From: Nitrospirae bacterium JdFR-81
GTDB taxonomy: Bacteria > Nitrospirota > Thermodesulfovibrionia > UBA6902
Length of the DNA: 64,000 nt
Direction: 5' to 3'
Assembly: GCA_002011735.1 (NCBI GenBank)
Contig: MTOQ01000057.1
Span: forward strand, 1,897 to 65,896
A program made the translations under genes and the position numbers. The notes under the pieces were generated by a model. It was given only the letters and a program-made list of their open reading frames with translations, was not told the origin of the DNA and ran no database searches. Of the stretch, positions 30,139 through 42,040 are shown in pieces. Positions within the stretch are counted from its first letter, which is position 1. The number at the start of each line of letters is the position of its first letter.

Positions 30139-31043
30139 GCATTCTCCCTGTATATCGACCTCAGGGCCTCCTCAACATCTGTATATTGAAATTGATATCC
30201 TGCCTTGATGATCTTCTCAGGTATCACCCTCTGGCCCGTAAGCAGCATCTCTCCAAACTCGCCGAGGGCCAATCTTATGGCAAACGATGGGACATTAAAC
30301 CATGACGGCCTCCCAAGAGCCCTGCCAAGGGCCTTGCTGAACTCCCTGTTTGTAACAGGATGTGGTGCCGTGGCATTAACAGGCCCCTTTATCTCATCAT
30401 GCTCAAGGATAAACCTCATTATCCCTATCAGGTCGGCCCTGTGTATCCATGAAAACCACTGCCTGCCAGTGCCTATGTGTCCACCGATGAAGAACCTGAA
30501 CGGCCTGTCCATCCTTGATAGCAATCCACCACCTGGACCAAGCACAAGCCCTATCCTTGTGATCACCACCCTCACCCCCTCATCCTCTGCCTTCATGGCC
30601 TCTCCCTCCCACTCCTTACACACATCGGCAAGAAAGTCATTCCCAGGCGGGGAGTCCTCGGTAAGCTCCTCATCCCCGCGGGCACCATAATACCCAACCG
30701 CAGATGCACTGATAAGGATACCAGGGGGCCTGTTGACATTCCTTATCGACTGCACTATAGCACGGGTGGTATCTATACGACTCTGCCTTATGAGTGCCTT
30801 CCTCTCCTCGGTCCATCGTCCAGACGCGATCGATTCGCCTGCAAGGTTTATGATCGCATCTATCCGGGAGATGATGTCAGAGGGGATGAGCGCAGGAGGC
30901 GACCACTTAAGGATACCCCTGTCCTCATACCACATGCTCTCACGCCTCCTTGTGGTGATAACCACATTATGGCCCTCCCTGAGGAGCTCCTCTGTCAATG
31001 CAGACCCGATAAAACCCGTCCCGCCTGTGATGAGGATGTTCAT
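30135..31043 (-). CDS. TIGR01777-type SDR (epimerase family with DUF1731 C-terminus)
   Basis: ITGGTGFIG, with a C-terminal tail (QRVIPEKIIKAGYQFQY) typical of this family. Confidence 0.7.
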   Translation of the reverse strand: MNILITGGTGFIGSALTEELLREGHNVVITTRRRESMWYEDRGILKWSPPALIPSDIISRIDAIINLAGESIASGRWTEERKALIRQSRIDTTRAIVQSIRNVNRPPGILISASAVGYYGARGDEELTEDSPPGNDFLADVCKEWEGEAMKAEDEGVRVVITRIGLVLGPGGGLLSRMDRPFRFFIGGHIGTGRQWFSWIHRADLIGIMRFILEHDEIKGPVNATAPHPVTNREFSKALGRALGRPSWFNVPSFAIRLALGEFGEMLLTGQRVIPEKIIKAGYQFQYTDVEEALRSIYRENA

Positions 31044-31081
31044 AGTGTCTTATTTTAATGTATAGTGAGACAGATTATTTA

Positions 31082-31906
31082 TCAAGGATGCTTAAGAAGC
31101 CTTACCCCTTTAAAGAATCTTTCAAACTCTGATTGTAATAACCGCGTATAATTCCAAGAATCATCTTCTGCCCTCACTGAAGTGGCATAAACTACATATA
31201 TAATTCCCTCTTCAGGAAATAGTATACGTGTTACCCACACATCCCGTAATAAATTATCATATGAGCGTCCCTTACAAAACTTTGCCGCAGGTAAGAAGAA
31301 TTCATCATCCAATGTGATACCAGAGGTCTTTTTATATAACCTTGCCATGCTTGCACTCGCCAGCCTGGCAGTAAAACTCCTGCTTTTAGGTCCAAGATAT
31401 GTTTGGCACCGAACTGTAGAAAAATATGACTCACTTTGAAAAGGCACAGAGATAAGGGGTTGATCCAGTCTTTCGATATGTATCTCTTCATAGAACGCCT
31501 TTTTATTGCCATACATTTTTGACCATGTAATATCATCTTTATATCCGATCTCCCTTGCCAGTTTTGTTGCGCCTGTCTCTGGATGATAAAAGGCCCTGAG
31601 ACTGTCAGGCTTATATATGTACGTTCCGCACCATGCAAGATAATTTGGTGATTCTGGATTCCAGAGGGTTGAACAGCCAAAAGGGTCACTGTCTCCACAT
31701 ATGAAACCCGCAATACCAGTGGCAGGGATACCGCTCTTCCTCCATACCCAGGTGAGGTCTCCCCAGCAGGGTTTCTCTATCCATCCATTGGGTATTTCTT
31801 CAAAGACAACCCTCAAAGGGGGATCAATGGCATTTATGCTCCGCTTATAAAAATTAAAGAACCACTCTGCAACCGCACTGCTAACAGGGCGAAACAGCCT
31901 TGACAT
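31082..31906 (-). CDS. Hypothetical protein, no recognisable family; compositional outlier
   Basis: 274-aa uninterrupted ORF with a plausible RBS (AAAGAGGGGGATAAA before the ATG). Two sampled 60-nt stretches at the 3' end gave 33% and 40% GC; the ~50% for flanking genes is my eyeball estimate. Confidence 0.55.
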   Translation of the reverse strand: MSRLFRPVSSAVAEWFFNFYKRSINAIDPPLRVVFEEIPNGWIEKPCWGDLTWVWRKSGIPATGIAGFICGDSDPFGCSTLWNPESPNYLAWCGTYIYKPDSLRAFYHPETGATKLAREIGYKDDITWSKMYGNKKAFYEEIHIERLDQPLISVPFQSESYFSTVRCQTYLGPKSRSFTARLASASMARLYKKTSGITLDDEFFLPAAKFCKGRSYDNLLRDVWVTRILFPEEGIIYVVYATSVRAEDDSWNYTRLLQSEFERFFKGVRLLKHP

Positions 31907-32013
31907 TTTATCCCCCTCTTTATCAGGGCCTATCTGTCCACACGGCCCTTGAGGTAGATTTTACCATAGAGCTGTAGATTATGAGGGATTTTTTTGTTGA
32001 TATGTTTAGCGGA

Positions 32014-32019
32014 TATAAT
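32014..32019 (+). promoter_or_regulatory. Consensus -10 hexamer TATAAT upstream of cooS, preceded by a TGTTGATAT motif
   Basis: TATAAT lies about 48 nt upstream of the cooS ATG. The -35 element is weak (TTTTTG at 17-nt spacing). Confidence 0.3.
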
Positions 32020-32067
32020 TAAAATTATGAACAGGGACAAATAACACAGACGAGAGGAGGGAGACAG

Positions 32068-33975
32068 ATGGAGAGGTCAATGGATCGGGGGACAAATCTT
32101 GCTATAGAGAATGCAAAGGCCCTTGGTTTATCTACTGTGTGGGACAGGTATGAGGCTCAATTACCCCAGTGTGGATTTGGGGAGACAGGATTGTGCTGCA
32201 GGAACTGTATGCAGGGTCCCTGCAGGATAAGCCCATTTGAGGATGGGCCCCAGAGGGGTGTCTGTGGTGCAGATGCAGATGTAATGGTTGCAAGGGGACT
32301 GATGAGGGCAGTGGCTGCAGGTACTGCCTCCCACGGAGGCCACGCAAAACATATGGCACATACCCTCCTCATGGTAGCAAAGGGTCAGACAGGAGACTAC
32401 AGGATCACGGATACAGAGAAACTTAAAGCAGTGGCAGAAAGGATAGGGGTAGAAGTTAATGGGGCCTCTATAGAGGATATCGCCCGTGGTGTGGCCCTTA
32501 AGGCCCTTGAAGAGTTCTCTGAAAAAGACTCTCCCCTCATATGGGCAGGGACTACAATCACACAGGGCAGGATAGAGAGGTTTTCAAAACTCGGTGTTAT
32601 CCCTACGGGAATAGACAGTGTGGTCTCTGAATCAATGCACAGATCCACCTATGGAGTGGATGCTGATCCCGTGAACCTCCTTCTGGGAACGATCAAATGT
32701 GCCCTTGCAGACTATGCCTCATGCCATCTCGCTACTGATCTGGCAGATATCCTCTTTGGCACTCCCTCACCTGTTAAGACCGCAGCCAATCTTGGCGTAT
32801 TAAAGACAGAGGCCGTGAACATAGCCCTCCATGGCCACAACCCCCTGCTCAGTGAGATGATCGTCCAGGCTGCTGGCTCAGATGATCTGAAGATCATGGC
32901 AAGGGAGGCAGGGGCATCAGAGGGTATAAATCTGGTTGGGGTGTGCTGTACAGGTAATGAGGTGATGATGAGGCATGGAATACCAATGGCAACGAGCTCC
33001 GTCTCCCAGGAGAGCATTCTCCTTACAGGAGCTCTGGATGCAATAGTGGTGGATTATCAGTGCATTATGCCAGCTCTTTCTTCCATAGCAGAGTGTCTCC
33101 ATACAGAGATTATTACCACCATGCCCATAGCAAAGATCTCAGGTGCTATGCACATAGAGTTTGATGAGGCCCATGCCCTTGAAAAGGCCAGGGAGATCAT
33201 AAAGGCTGGCATCGAGGCCTTTAAGAAGAGGGACCCCTCCAGAGTAAAGATACCCGACATATCGAGTCCTGCTGTGGTGGGCTTCTCAGCCGAGGCAATA
33301 ATAAATGCCCTCAGCACTATTAATAGTGAGGATCCCCTGAAGCCTCTTATAGACAATATTGTAGAAGGCAATATCTACGGCGTGTGTCTCTTTGCAGGAT
33401 GTAACACTGTGAAGATCCCACAGGACAGGAACTACATAGCCATGATAAAGGAGTTAGCGAAGAGGAATGTGCTGATACTTGCAACAGGGTGTGCATCTGG
33501 TGCCTTTGCAAGGCATGGTTTTATGAGCCCAGAGGCTGTAGATGGGTATGCTGGTGAAGGGCTGAAGACGATATTAAAAGCAATTGGAGAGTCTGCAGGT
33601 CTTGGTGGGCCGCTTCCACTGGTTCTGCATATGGGGTCATGTGTGGACAACACGCGTGCCGCCGATGTGGCAGTGGCCATTGCAAACAAGCTGGGTACAG
33701 ATATCGACCGGCTTCCTGTTGTTGCCTCGGCCCCAGAGCCTGTTACTGAGAAGGCCCTGGCCATTGGCACATGGGCAGTGGCTGCAGGACTACCAACCCA
33801 TGTAGGTGTGGTGCCTCCTGTGACAGGTAGCAGGACAGTTACAGAAGTCCTTACCTCATCTGTAAAGGAACTCCTTGGAGGATGGTTCATTGTTGAACCT
33901 GATCCCATGAAGGCCGTTGAGGCGCTTTACCAGGCCCTAACAGAGAGGAGAAAGGCCCTGGGACTCAAGCTTTAG
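32068..33975 (+). CDS. cooS: Anaerobic Ni-Fe carbon monoxide dehydrogenase catalytic subunit
   Basis: N-terminal Cys clusters CGFGETGLCCRNCMQGPCRI...GVCGA, HGHNP, CCTGNE, and C-cluster ligand regions. Confidence 0.9.
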   Translation: MERSMDRGTNLAIENAKALGLSTVWDRYEAQLPQCGFGETGLCCRNCMQGPCRISPFEDGPQRGVCGADADVMVARGLMRAVAAGTASHGGHAKHMAHTLLMVAKGQTGDYRITDTEKLKAVAERIGVEVNGASIEDIARGVALKALEEFSEKDSPLIWAGTTITQGRIERFSKLGVIPTGIDSVVSESMHRSTYGVDADPVNLLLGTIKCALADYASCHLATDLADILFGTPSPVKTAANLGVLKTEAVNIALHGHNPLLSEMIVQAAGSDDLKIMAREAGASEGINLVGVCCTGNEVMMRHGIPMATSSVSQESILLTGALDAIVVDYQCIMPALSSIAECLHTEIITTMPIAKISGAMHIEFDEAHALEKAREIIKAGIEAFKKRDPSRVKIPDISSPAVVGFSAEAIINALSTINSEDPLKPLIDNIVEGNIYGVCLFAGCNTVKIPQDRNYIAMIKELAKRNVLILATGCASGAFARHGFMSPEAVDGYAGEGLKTILKAIGESAGLGGPLPLVLHMGSCVDNTRAADVAVAIANKLGTDIDRLPVVASAPEPVTEKALAIGTWAVAAGLPTHVGVVPPVTGSRTVTEVLTSSVKELLGGWFIVEPDPMKAVEALYQALTERRKALGLKL

Positions 33976-33986
33976 GAGGGATAGCC

Positions 33987-34478
33987 ATGGATCAGGTATT
34001 TGTCAGACCTGAAAGATGTATGGGCTGCAGGAGCTGTGAGATCGCCTGTGCAGTGCAGCATTCAAAAGACAAGACCCTGCTCAGCGCGATAATGCAGAGT
34101 CCCTCTCCCCAGAAGAGGCTCTTTGTGGAGTGGGCTGATGGTCTCAAAATGCCCGTCCTATGCAGACACTGCGAGGATGCACCCTGTATGAATGCCTGTA
34201 TAAGCGGGTGCCTCTACAGGGATGAGAAGGGTTTTATAAGAAGACGGAAAGAACGGTGTATAGGATGCTGGAGCTGTATAATGGCCTGTCCATTTGGTGT
34301 GATAGTCAGGGATAGACATAAGAGGATCGCTGTAAAGTGTGATAGGTGTCATAAACTTGATGTACCTGCCTGCGTGAACGCCTGTCCAACAAAGGCCCTG
34401 ATACTTGTAGATGTGGATAAGATACCTGGCGACAGGAGAAAGTCCGTCTTGCTGTCGATCAACAATGGCGAGGCTTAG
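33987..34478 (+). CDS. cooF: CooF-like 4Fe-4S ferredoxin
   Basis: Multiple CxxCxxCxxxC(P) motifs (CMGCRSCEIAC, CIGCWSCIMACP, CDRC...CVNACP). Confidence 0.8.
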   Translation: MDQVFVRPERCMGCRSCEIACAVQHSKDKTLLSAIMQSPSPQKRLFVEWADGLKMPVLCRHCEDAPCMNACISGCLYRDEKGFIRRRKERCIGCWSCIMACPFGVIVRDRHKRIAVKCDRCHKLDVPACVNACPTKALILVDVDKIPGDRRKSVLLSINNGEA

Positions 34479-35696
34479 ATGATGAGATATGTAATCGTTG
34501 GATATGGTATCGCTGGTGTATCTGCGGTAAGAGAGATAAAACACCAGGATCCAGAGGGCAGGGTGGTTGTCATCACACCGGAGCCTCTGCCTCCTTACTA
34601 CAGACCCCTTATCACCCTGCTCATCCACTCTCCTGAAACACCGATTGAGCTTGATGAAGAGGATGCTGGGGCAGAATTCTTTACCGATAGGGCAGTGGCT
34701 CTGAGGCCAGAGGAAAAGGTGGTGGTGCTGGCCTCGGGGAGAAAGGTCCATTATGACAGGTTGCTGATAGCAACTGGAGGGGTCCCTTATATCCCGCCTG
34801 TTGAGGATCTACCCTCACAGGGTGTCTTTACCATCAGAAACAGAGAAGATGCCCTCGCTATAGGCAGATATTCAGAGAGGTGCAAGAGCGCTGCCGTTAT
34901 AGGAGGAGGATTGGTTGGTATAAAAACAGCCGAGGCCCTTCAGAAGAGAGGACTTGAGGTAAACGTGGTTGAGACGATGGAGGAAATACTCCACGGAAGG
35001 CTCGATAAAAAGGGCACTGGTATTATAAGACATAGACTTGAGGAGATGGGTATAAAGATATACACCACCCAGACAGTAAATAGGGTGATCACACGAGAGG
35101 GTGCTCCCAGGGAGTTGATACTCTCCTCTGGCAAAAGGATAGAGGCAGACATGATAGTGATTGCAACAGGTATAAGGGCCTCTATTGAATGGATGAGTGA
35201 TTCTGGTATAAAGGTATCAAGGGGTATCGTGGTGGATGAGTATATGAGAACTACCATTGAGGATATCTATGCAGCAGGCGATGTGGTGGAATTCCCCGAT
35301 CTCCTGACAGGCTCTTCCCTGGTGAGCGGGCTCTGGATTAATGCCCTTCAGATGGGAAGGGTGGCTGGCTCAAACATGGCCGGAGGGTCCAGCAGATACC
35401 CCGGAGCCCTTTCGGTGATGAACGCAGCAGAGATCGTGGATATCCCATTTATATCGGCTGGTATAATAGAACCATCCAATGGTCTTGAATTAATAGAGAG
35501 ACAGAGGCCTGCCTACAGGAGGTTCATCTTTGAGGATGATGTCCTGCGAGGGATCGTCTTCCTCGAAAATGTAGAGAGGGCAGGACTCTATATCAACCTC
35601 ATAAGGTCTGGCAGGAGGCTCGGGAGGCTTAAGGAAAAGGCCATTGAAGGAGTCCTCTCTTATGCAGACCTGTGGGGTCAGGACTCCAGGCATTAA
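34479..35696 (+). CDS. FAD/NAD(P)-dependent pyridine nucleotide-disulfide-type oxidoreductase (CODH-associated)
   Basis: Two dinucleotide-binding motifs (IVGYGIAG; VIGGGLVGIKTAE) plus AAGDV. Confidence 0.8.
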   Translation: MMRYVIVGYGIAGVSAVREIKHQDPEGRVVVITPEPLPPYYRPLITLLIHSPETPIELDEEDAGAEFFTDRAVALRPEEKVVVLASGRKVHYDRLLIATGGVPYIPPVEDLPSQGVFTIRNREDALAIGRYSERCKSAAVIGGGLVGIKTAEALQKRGLEVNVVETMEEILHGRLDKKGTGIIRHRLEEMGIKIYTTQTVNRVITREGAPRELILSSGKRIEADMIVIATGIRASIEWMSDSGIKVSRGIVVDEYMRTTIEDIYAAGDVVEFPDLLTGSSLVSGLWINALQMGRVAGSNMAGGSSRYPGALSVMNAAEIVDIPFISAGIIEPSNGLELIERQRPAYRRFIFEDDVLRGIVFLENVERAGLYINLIRSGRRLGRLKEKAIEGVLSYADLWGQDSRH

Positions 35697-35705
35697 GGAG
35701 ACCCT

Positions 35706-37511
<1,806 letters not shown>

Positions 37512-37513
37512 CC

Positions 37514-39178
37514 CTACATCCTCTCCGGTGCCTTAACCCCCAGTATCCCGAGACCCTCCTCAAGCACGATCTGGACGGCCTTACAGAGGCAGAGCCTCGC
37601 GGTTGTGAGGGGTGTATCCTCTGATATAACCCTGTGCCTGTTATAGTACGAATGAAAGAGGCCAGCGAGCTCCTGCAGGTAGTAGGTGATCCTGTGCGGC
37701 TCAAAGGCCTGAACCGCACCCTCAAAGACCATCGGATACTGGAGTATCTTCTTTATGATCCCTATCTCCTCATCCTCTTTTAAAAGAGAAAGATCAACCT
37801 CCTGGCCACTTGACTCCTTGAATCCTGGAATCCTCTCCAGGGCCTTTCTGAATATACTCGATATCCTGGCAAATGCATACTGGACATAGAAGACAGGATT
37901 TTCTGAAGACTCCCTCTTTGCCACGCCTATATCAAAGTCGAGCTGGCTGTCAGGCCTCCTTGTAAGGAATATGAACTTGGCCACATCAGCACCTACCTCA
38001 TCCATAACCTCCCTTAATGTGATGAACTCACCTGCCCTCTTCGACATCTGCACCGGCCTTCCATCCCTGTAGAGTGTGACCATCTGGACGAGTATCACCC
38101 TGAACCTCTCCTCAGGCAGGCCAAAGGCCCTCAGGACAGACCTTATCCTCGGTATATACCCGTGGTGGTCAGCACCCCATATATCTATGATGGTATCAAA
38201 GCCCCTGTCGAGCTTCTCCCTGTGATAGGCTATGTCAGAGGCAAAATAGGTATACTCACCATCGCTCTTCACGACCACCCTGTCCTTGTCATCACCGAAC
38301 CTGCTGGATGAAAACCACAATGCCCCATCCTTCTCATAGATGAGCTCCCTCCTCTGAAGCTCCTTCAATAACTCCTGAACCTTCTGCTTCTCATAGAGCT
38401 CCCTCTCACTCTGCCAGGTATCAAATTCGATCCCGAAGTCTCTCAGATCCTTCATTATGTCAGCAAGCATCCTCTTGTAGGAGTAGTTTATAAAGAAGTC
38501 CTTGCAGACCTCAAACGGGATATTGAAGTATCGATCGCCTGCCTTCTGCCTTATCTCCTCTGCCAGCTCCTTCACATATTCCCCCCTGTAGCCGTCCTCA
38601 GGAAAATTTATCAGGTTCCCGAGCAGATGTTGATACATGGTATAGACTGAAAGGCCAAGGAGCCTCACCTGGAGCCCTGCATCATTGATGTAATACTCCC
38701 TCTGCACATCAAAACCTGCCGCCCTGAGGAGGTTACACAGTGCATTGCCAACCGCAGCACCCCTTCCATGCCCGATATGCAGTGGCCCTGTCGGGTTGGC
38801 ACTCACAAACTCAACCTGTATCCTCCTGCCCCTGCCTATGTCGGCCCTGATCTCGGAGTGCTCCTTCTGGAGCAGGTGCTCAAGCCTCTCATACAGATAC
38901 TCTCTTTTGAACCTGAAGTTTATAAATCCCGCCCCTGCCACCTCTATGCTGTCAAAGGGGTTTGGCCGTCTGTGGAGCTCTGCCACGATCTCTGTGGCTA
39001 TCTGCCGTGGTGACCTCTTCAGGGTCTTTGCAAGGCCCATCGCTACCGTGGTGGCAAGATCGCCAAGTGCCTCATCCCTTGGCACCTCAACCACCACCTC
39101 AGGGATAACCTCAAGCCCCCATCCCTTGCCGAGGCCCTGCAGTGCATCACTGACGGATTTGACAACGGCCTGCTTCAT
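37514..39178 (-). CDS. argS: Arginine--tRNA ligase
   Basis: HIGH motif (SANPTGPLHIGHGR), a KMSK-like MSKRAG, and a C-terminal anticodon-binding domain ending in M. Confidence 0.95.
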   Translation of the reverse strand: MKQAVVKSVSDALQGLGKGWGLEVIPEVVVEVPRDEALGDLATTVAMGLAKTLKRSPRQIATEIVAELHRRPNPFDSIEVAGAGFINFRFKREYLYERLEHLLQKEHSEIRADIGRGRRIQVEFVSANPTGPLHIGHGRGAAVGNALCNLLRAAGFDVQREYYINDAGLQVRLLGLSVYTMYQHLLGNLINFPEDGYRGEYVKELAEEIRQKAGDRYFNIPFEVCKDFFINYSYKRMLADIMKDLRDFGIEFDTWQSERELYEKQKVQELLKELQRRELIYEKDGALWFSSSRFGDDKDRVVVKSDGEYTYFASDIAYHREKLDRGFDTIIDIWGADHHGYIPRIRSVLRAFGLPEERFRVILVQMVTLYRDGRPVQMSKRAGEFITLREVMDEVGADVAKFIFLTRRPDSQLDFDIGVAKRESSENPVFYVQYAFARISSIFRKALERIPGFKESSGQEVDLSLLKEDEEIGIIKKILQYPMVFEGAVQAFEPHRITYYLQELAGLFHSYYNRHRVISEDTPLTTARLCLCKAVQIVLEEGLGILGVKAPERM

Positions 39179-39193
39179 AAACGCATGACCCTC

Positions 39194-39940
39194 TTATTCA
39201 TGTATCCTGTACATATCCCTTACAGGGACCCTCCTGTAGCCCTCTGGTGGCTGAAACTCTGAAGACGGGATATGCTTGACCTCAATGGCCTTGACCTCCA
39301 CCTTCTCTGTCCCCTGCCCCCCAAGGGGTAGCCCACCATAATGGGTTATGCTCCTCATCACCCACCCTTTATCATAGAGGGCCTGATAATCTCCTGATGA
39401 GGAGAGGGGCGACATACACTCCTCCATCCTCTTTGAAAACTCCATCAGGGCCCCCATCCTTCTAATCTCCTTCTCCACCGGCGTGCCCTCTGCGAGCCAG
39501 AGCTCCTGATAGAGTTCGCCATCCCTGTAGACATTGTATTTGACCGTGCTATAACCTGCAATCCTGCCACCAGAACCCACCTTTTCGACCCTGATCTTCA
39601 TGCTGGGCATCCTGCCCATCCCCATCTCCTCCATCATCCTCCTCTGCTCAGGTGGGATGCCCTCCATGGCCTCCTCCATCTCAGCCCTAACGGTGTTGCA
39701 GAATTCATCAGGCGTGGTCTGGATGTACGTCCTCTCTCTGTCATTCACAATAATGATCTCACCCCTGTCTGAATCGATTATCATCCACACCTCCCTCCCA
39801 TCACCTGCCTGCTTCATCCTCCCATCTTGGATCATCGTCACACTTCCGTCTGTATTGGTGACAACAACCCCGGCATGGGATGATGTGGCCAGGACCAGAA
39901 CCATGATGATAAACGCTGCTACACAACCCCTTATCCTCAT
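39194..39940 (-). CDS. Exported protein of unknown function (possibly DUF4412-like)
   Basis: Start at MRIRGCVAAFIIMVLVLATSSHAG (signal peptide), preceded by AAGGAGGG. Confidence 0.55.
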   Translation of the reverse strand: MRIRGCVAAFIIMVLVLATSSHAGVVVTNTDGSVTMIQDGRMKQAGDGREVWMIIDSDRGEIIIVNDRERTYIQTTPDEFCNTVRAEMEEAMEGIPPEQRRMMEEMGMGRMPSMKIRVEKVGSGGRIAGYSTVKYNVYRDGELYQELWLAEGTPVEKEIRRMGALMEFSKRMEECMSPLSSSGDYQALYDKGWVMRSITHYGGLPLGGQGTEKVEVKAIEVKHIPSSEFQPPEGYRRVPVRDMYRIHE

Positions 39941-40100
39941 AACACCCTCCTTAAATAAATGCATCTTTTATCCTAATATTAAATCCCTGTTTATTCAAGC
40001 TCTGGAAAGGACAGGGTGTTCCGATAAAGTTGTCTTTGGTGTGGTATCTAAATTAAAATATATATTACCATGACGAAGGATATCAGGAGGTGAGGGATAG

Positions 40101-40937
40101 ATGAATACACTGAAGACAGCCGTCCTTATGGTCGGCCTGAGCCTTGTCCTTGTATGGGCAGGTGCCGCATTTGGTGGCAGGTCAGGCATGACCATCGCCC
40201 TGATCTTCGCCCTGATGATGAACCTCTTCACCTACTGGTTCAGCGACAGGATCGTCCTGAGGATGTATGGCGCAAAGGAGGTGGACGAGACCGAGGCCCC
40301 CGAACTTTACGCCATGGTCAGGAGGCTCACACAGAAGGCAGGCCTCCCGATGCCACGCATATACATGATAAACCAGCCACAGCCGAATGCATTCGCAACG
40401 GGCAGAAACCCAAAGAATGCAGCCGTTGCCGTGACGACCGGGATCATGAGGATACTCAGTGTTGAGGAGCTTGAGGGTGTCATAGGACACGAGCTCGCCC
40501 ACATCAAACACAGGGACATATTGATAGGCACGGTTGCCGCTACCATCGCTGCTGCGATAAGTTATCTTGCCCACATGGCCCAGTGGGCCATGATATTCGG
40601 CAGTCACGATGATGAAGAGGGAGGCAACCCCTTTGCCGCTATCGTCATGATGATCGTTGCCCCGATTGCCGCAATGCTCATACAGATGGCCATATCCCGT
40701 TCAAGGGAGTATGCTGCTGATGAGGGTGGTGCAAGGATAGCAGGAAACCCAAGATATCTGGCGAGTGCATTGAAGAAGCTACACATGGCATCACAACAGA
40801 TACCCCTCCAGGCACAACCTGCCACTGCCCATATGTTCATCGTCAACCCCCTGTCAGGTGGTGGCTTTGCAAGGCTCTTCAGCACCCATCCCCCGATTGA
40901 AGAGAGGATAGCAAGGCTTGAGAGCATGGTGTTATGA
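40101..40937 (+). CDS. htpX: Zinc metalloprotease HtpX
   Basis: [10 protein letters not shown] zincin motif, 4 TM helices, C-terminal [10 protein letters not shown]. Confidence 0.9.
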   Translation: MNTLKTAVLMVGLSLVLVWAGAAFGGRSGMTIALIFALMMNLFTYWFSDRIVLRMYGAKEVDETEAPELYAMVRRLTQKAGLPMPRIYMINQPQPNAFATGRNPKNAAVAVTTGIMRILSVEELEGVIGHELAHIKHRDILIGTVAATIAAAISYLAHMAQWAMIFGSHDDEEGGNPFAAIVMMIVAPIAAMLIQMAISRSREYAADEGGARIAGNPRYLASALKKLHMASQQIPLQAQPATAHMFIVNPLSGGGFARLFSTHPPIEERIARLESMVL

Positions 40938-40946
40938 GGATGCAGG

Positions 40947-42005
40947 GTGTTAGGGAGGATTGAGAAGAGGGTCATCTCAGGCGAGCGGATAACGCCTGAG
41001 GAGGCCCTTGCACTCTTTGAGAGTGACGATATCTTCACCATTGGGAGGATCGCCTCATATGTAGCCCGTAAGAAGAATGGTGATGATGTCTATTTCATCC
41101 AGAATCATCACATAAATCCCACCAATATATGTGTGAATCGCTGTAGATTCTGTGCATTCAGCCGTTCCAAGGGAGAAGAGGGGGCCTATGAGATCAGTAT
41201 CAATGGTATAATCAGGAGACTAAAAAGACACAGGTATATAAGAGAGGTCCACATAGTTGGTGGGCTCCATCCTGACTGGCCGTTTGAGTATTATCTGGAT
41301 ATATTGAGAGAGGTTAAGAGGCATCTGCCCCACGTCCATATAAAGGCGTTTACAGCGGTTGAGATAGATTATTTCACAAGGATAAGCGGTTTGAGCCTAA
41401 GGGGTGTACTCATGAGACTCAAGGAGGCGGGGCTTGATCTTATACCTGGTGGAGGGGCGGAGATATTCAATAAGAGGGTGAGAAAGAGGATTTGTCCAGA
41501 GAAGATCGATGGCAGCAGATGGCTTGAGGTCATGGAGAAGGCCCACAGGGTGGGACTGAGGTCAAATGCAACCATGCTTTATGGCCATATCGAGTCATAC
41601 AGGGATAGGGTGGATCATCTATCGAGATTGAGGAGGCTTCAGGATAGGACAGGTGGCTTTCAGGCCTTCATACCCCTTGCATTTCATCAGCTGAATACAG
41701 ATATGGGTGGTGCTGGTTATGTCTCTGGGATCGATGACCTTAAGACTATAGCGGTCTCAAGGATATTCCTCGATAATTTTCAGCATATAAAGGCATACTG
41801 GATAATGCTTGGGGAGAAGATGGCCCAGCTTGCACTCAATTTTGGTGCCGATGATATTGATGGGACCATCATCGAGGAGAGGATCACACACTCAGCAGGA
41901 GCAACCTCAGGTTACAGGATATCAAAGGATGAGCTGGTTAATCTGATAAAGAAGGCTGGAAAGAGGCCTGTTGAGAGAGATTCCTTTTATAATCCTCTGA
42001 ATTAA
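40947..42005 (+). CDS. mqnE: Radical SAM enzyme of the futalosine menaquinone pathway (aminofutalosine synthase MqnE-like; MqnC not excluded)
   Basis: GERITPEEALALFESDD...VYFIQNHHINPTNICVNRCRFCAFSR, a CxxxCxxC radical SAM motif of the CofH/MqnC/MqnE family. Confidence 0.6.
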   Translation: MLGRIEKRVISGERITPEEALALFESDDIFTIGRIASYVARKKNGDDVYFIQNHHINPTNICVNRCRFCAFSRSKGEEGAYEISINGIIRRLKRHRYIREVHIVGGLHPDWPFEYYLDILREVKRHLPHVHIKAFTAVEIDYFTRISGLSLRGVLMRLKEAGLDLIPGGGAEIFNKRVRKRICPEKIDGSRWLEVMEKAHRVGLRSNATMLYGHIESYRDRVDHLSRLRRLQDRTGGFQAFIPLAFHQLNTDMGGAGYVSGIDDLKTIAVSRIFLDNFQHIKAYWIMLGEKMAQLALNFGADDIDGTIIEERITHSAGATSGYRISKDELVNLIKKAGKRPVERDSFYNPLN

Positions 42006-42040
42006 GAAAAGAATTTTTTAGAAGAGGATGAGAGAAGGAT

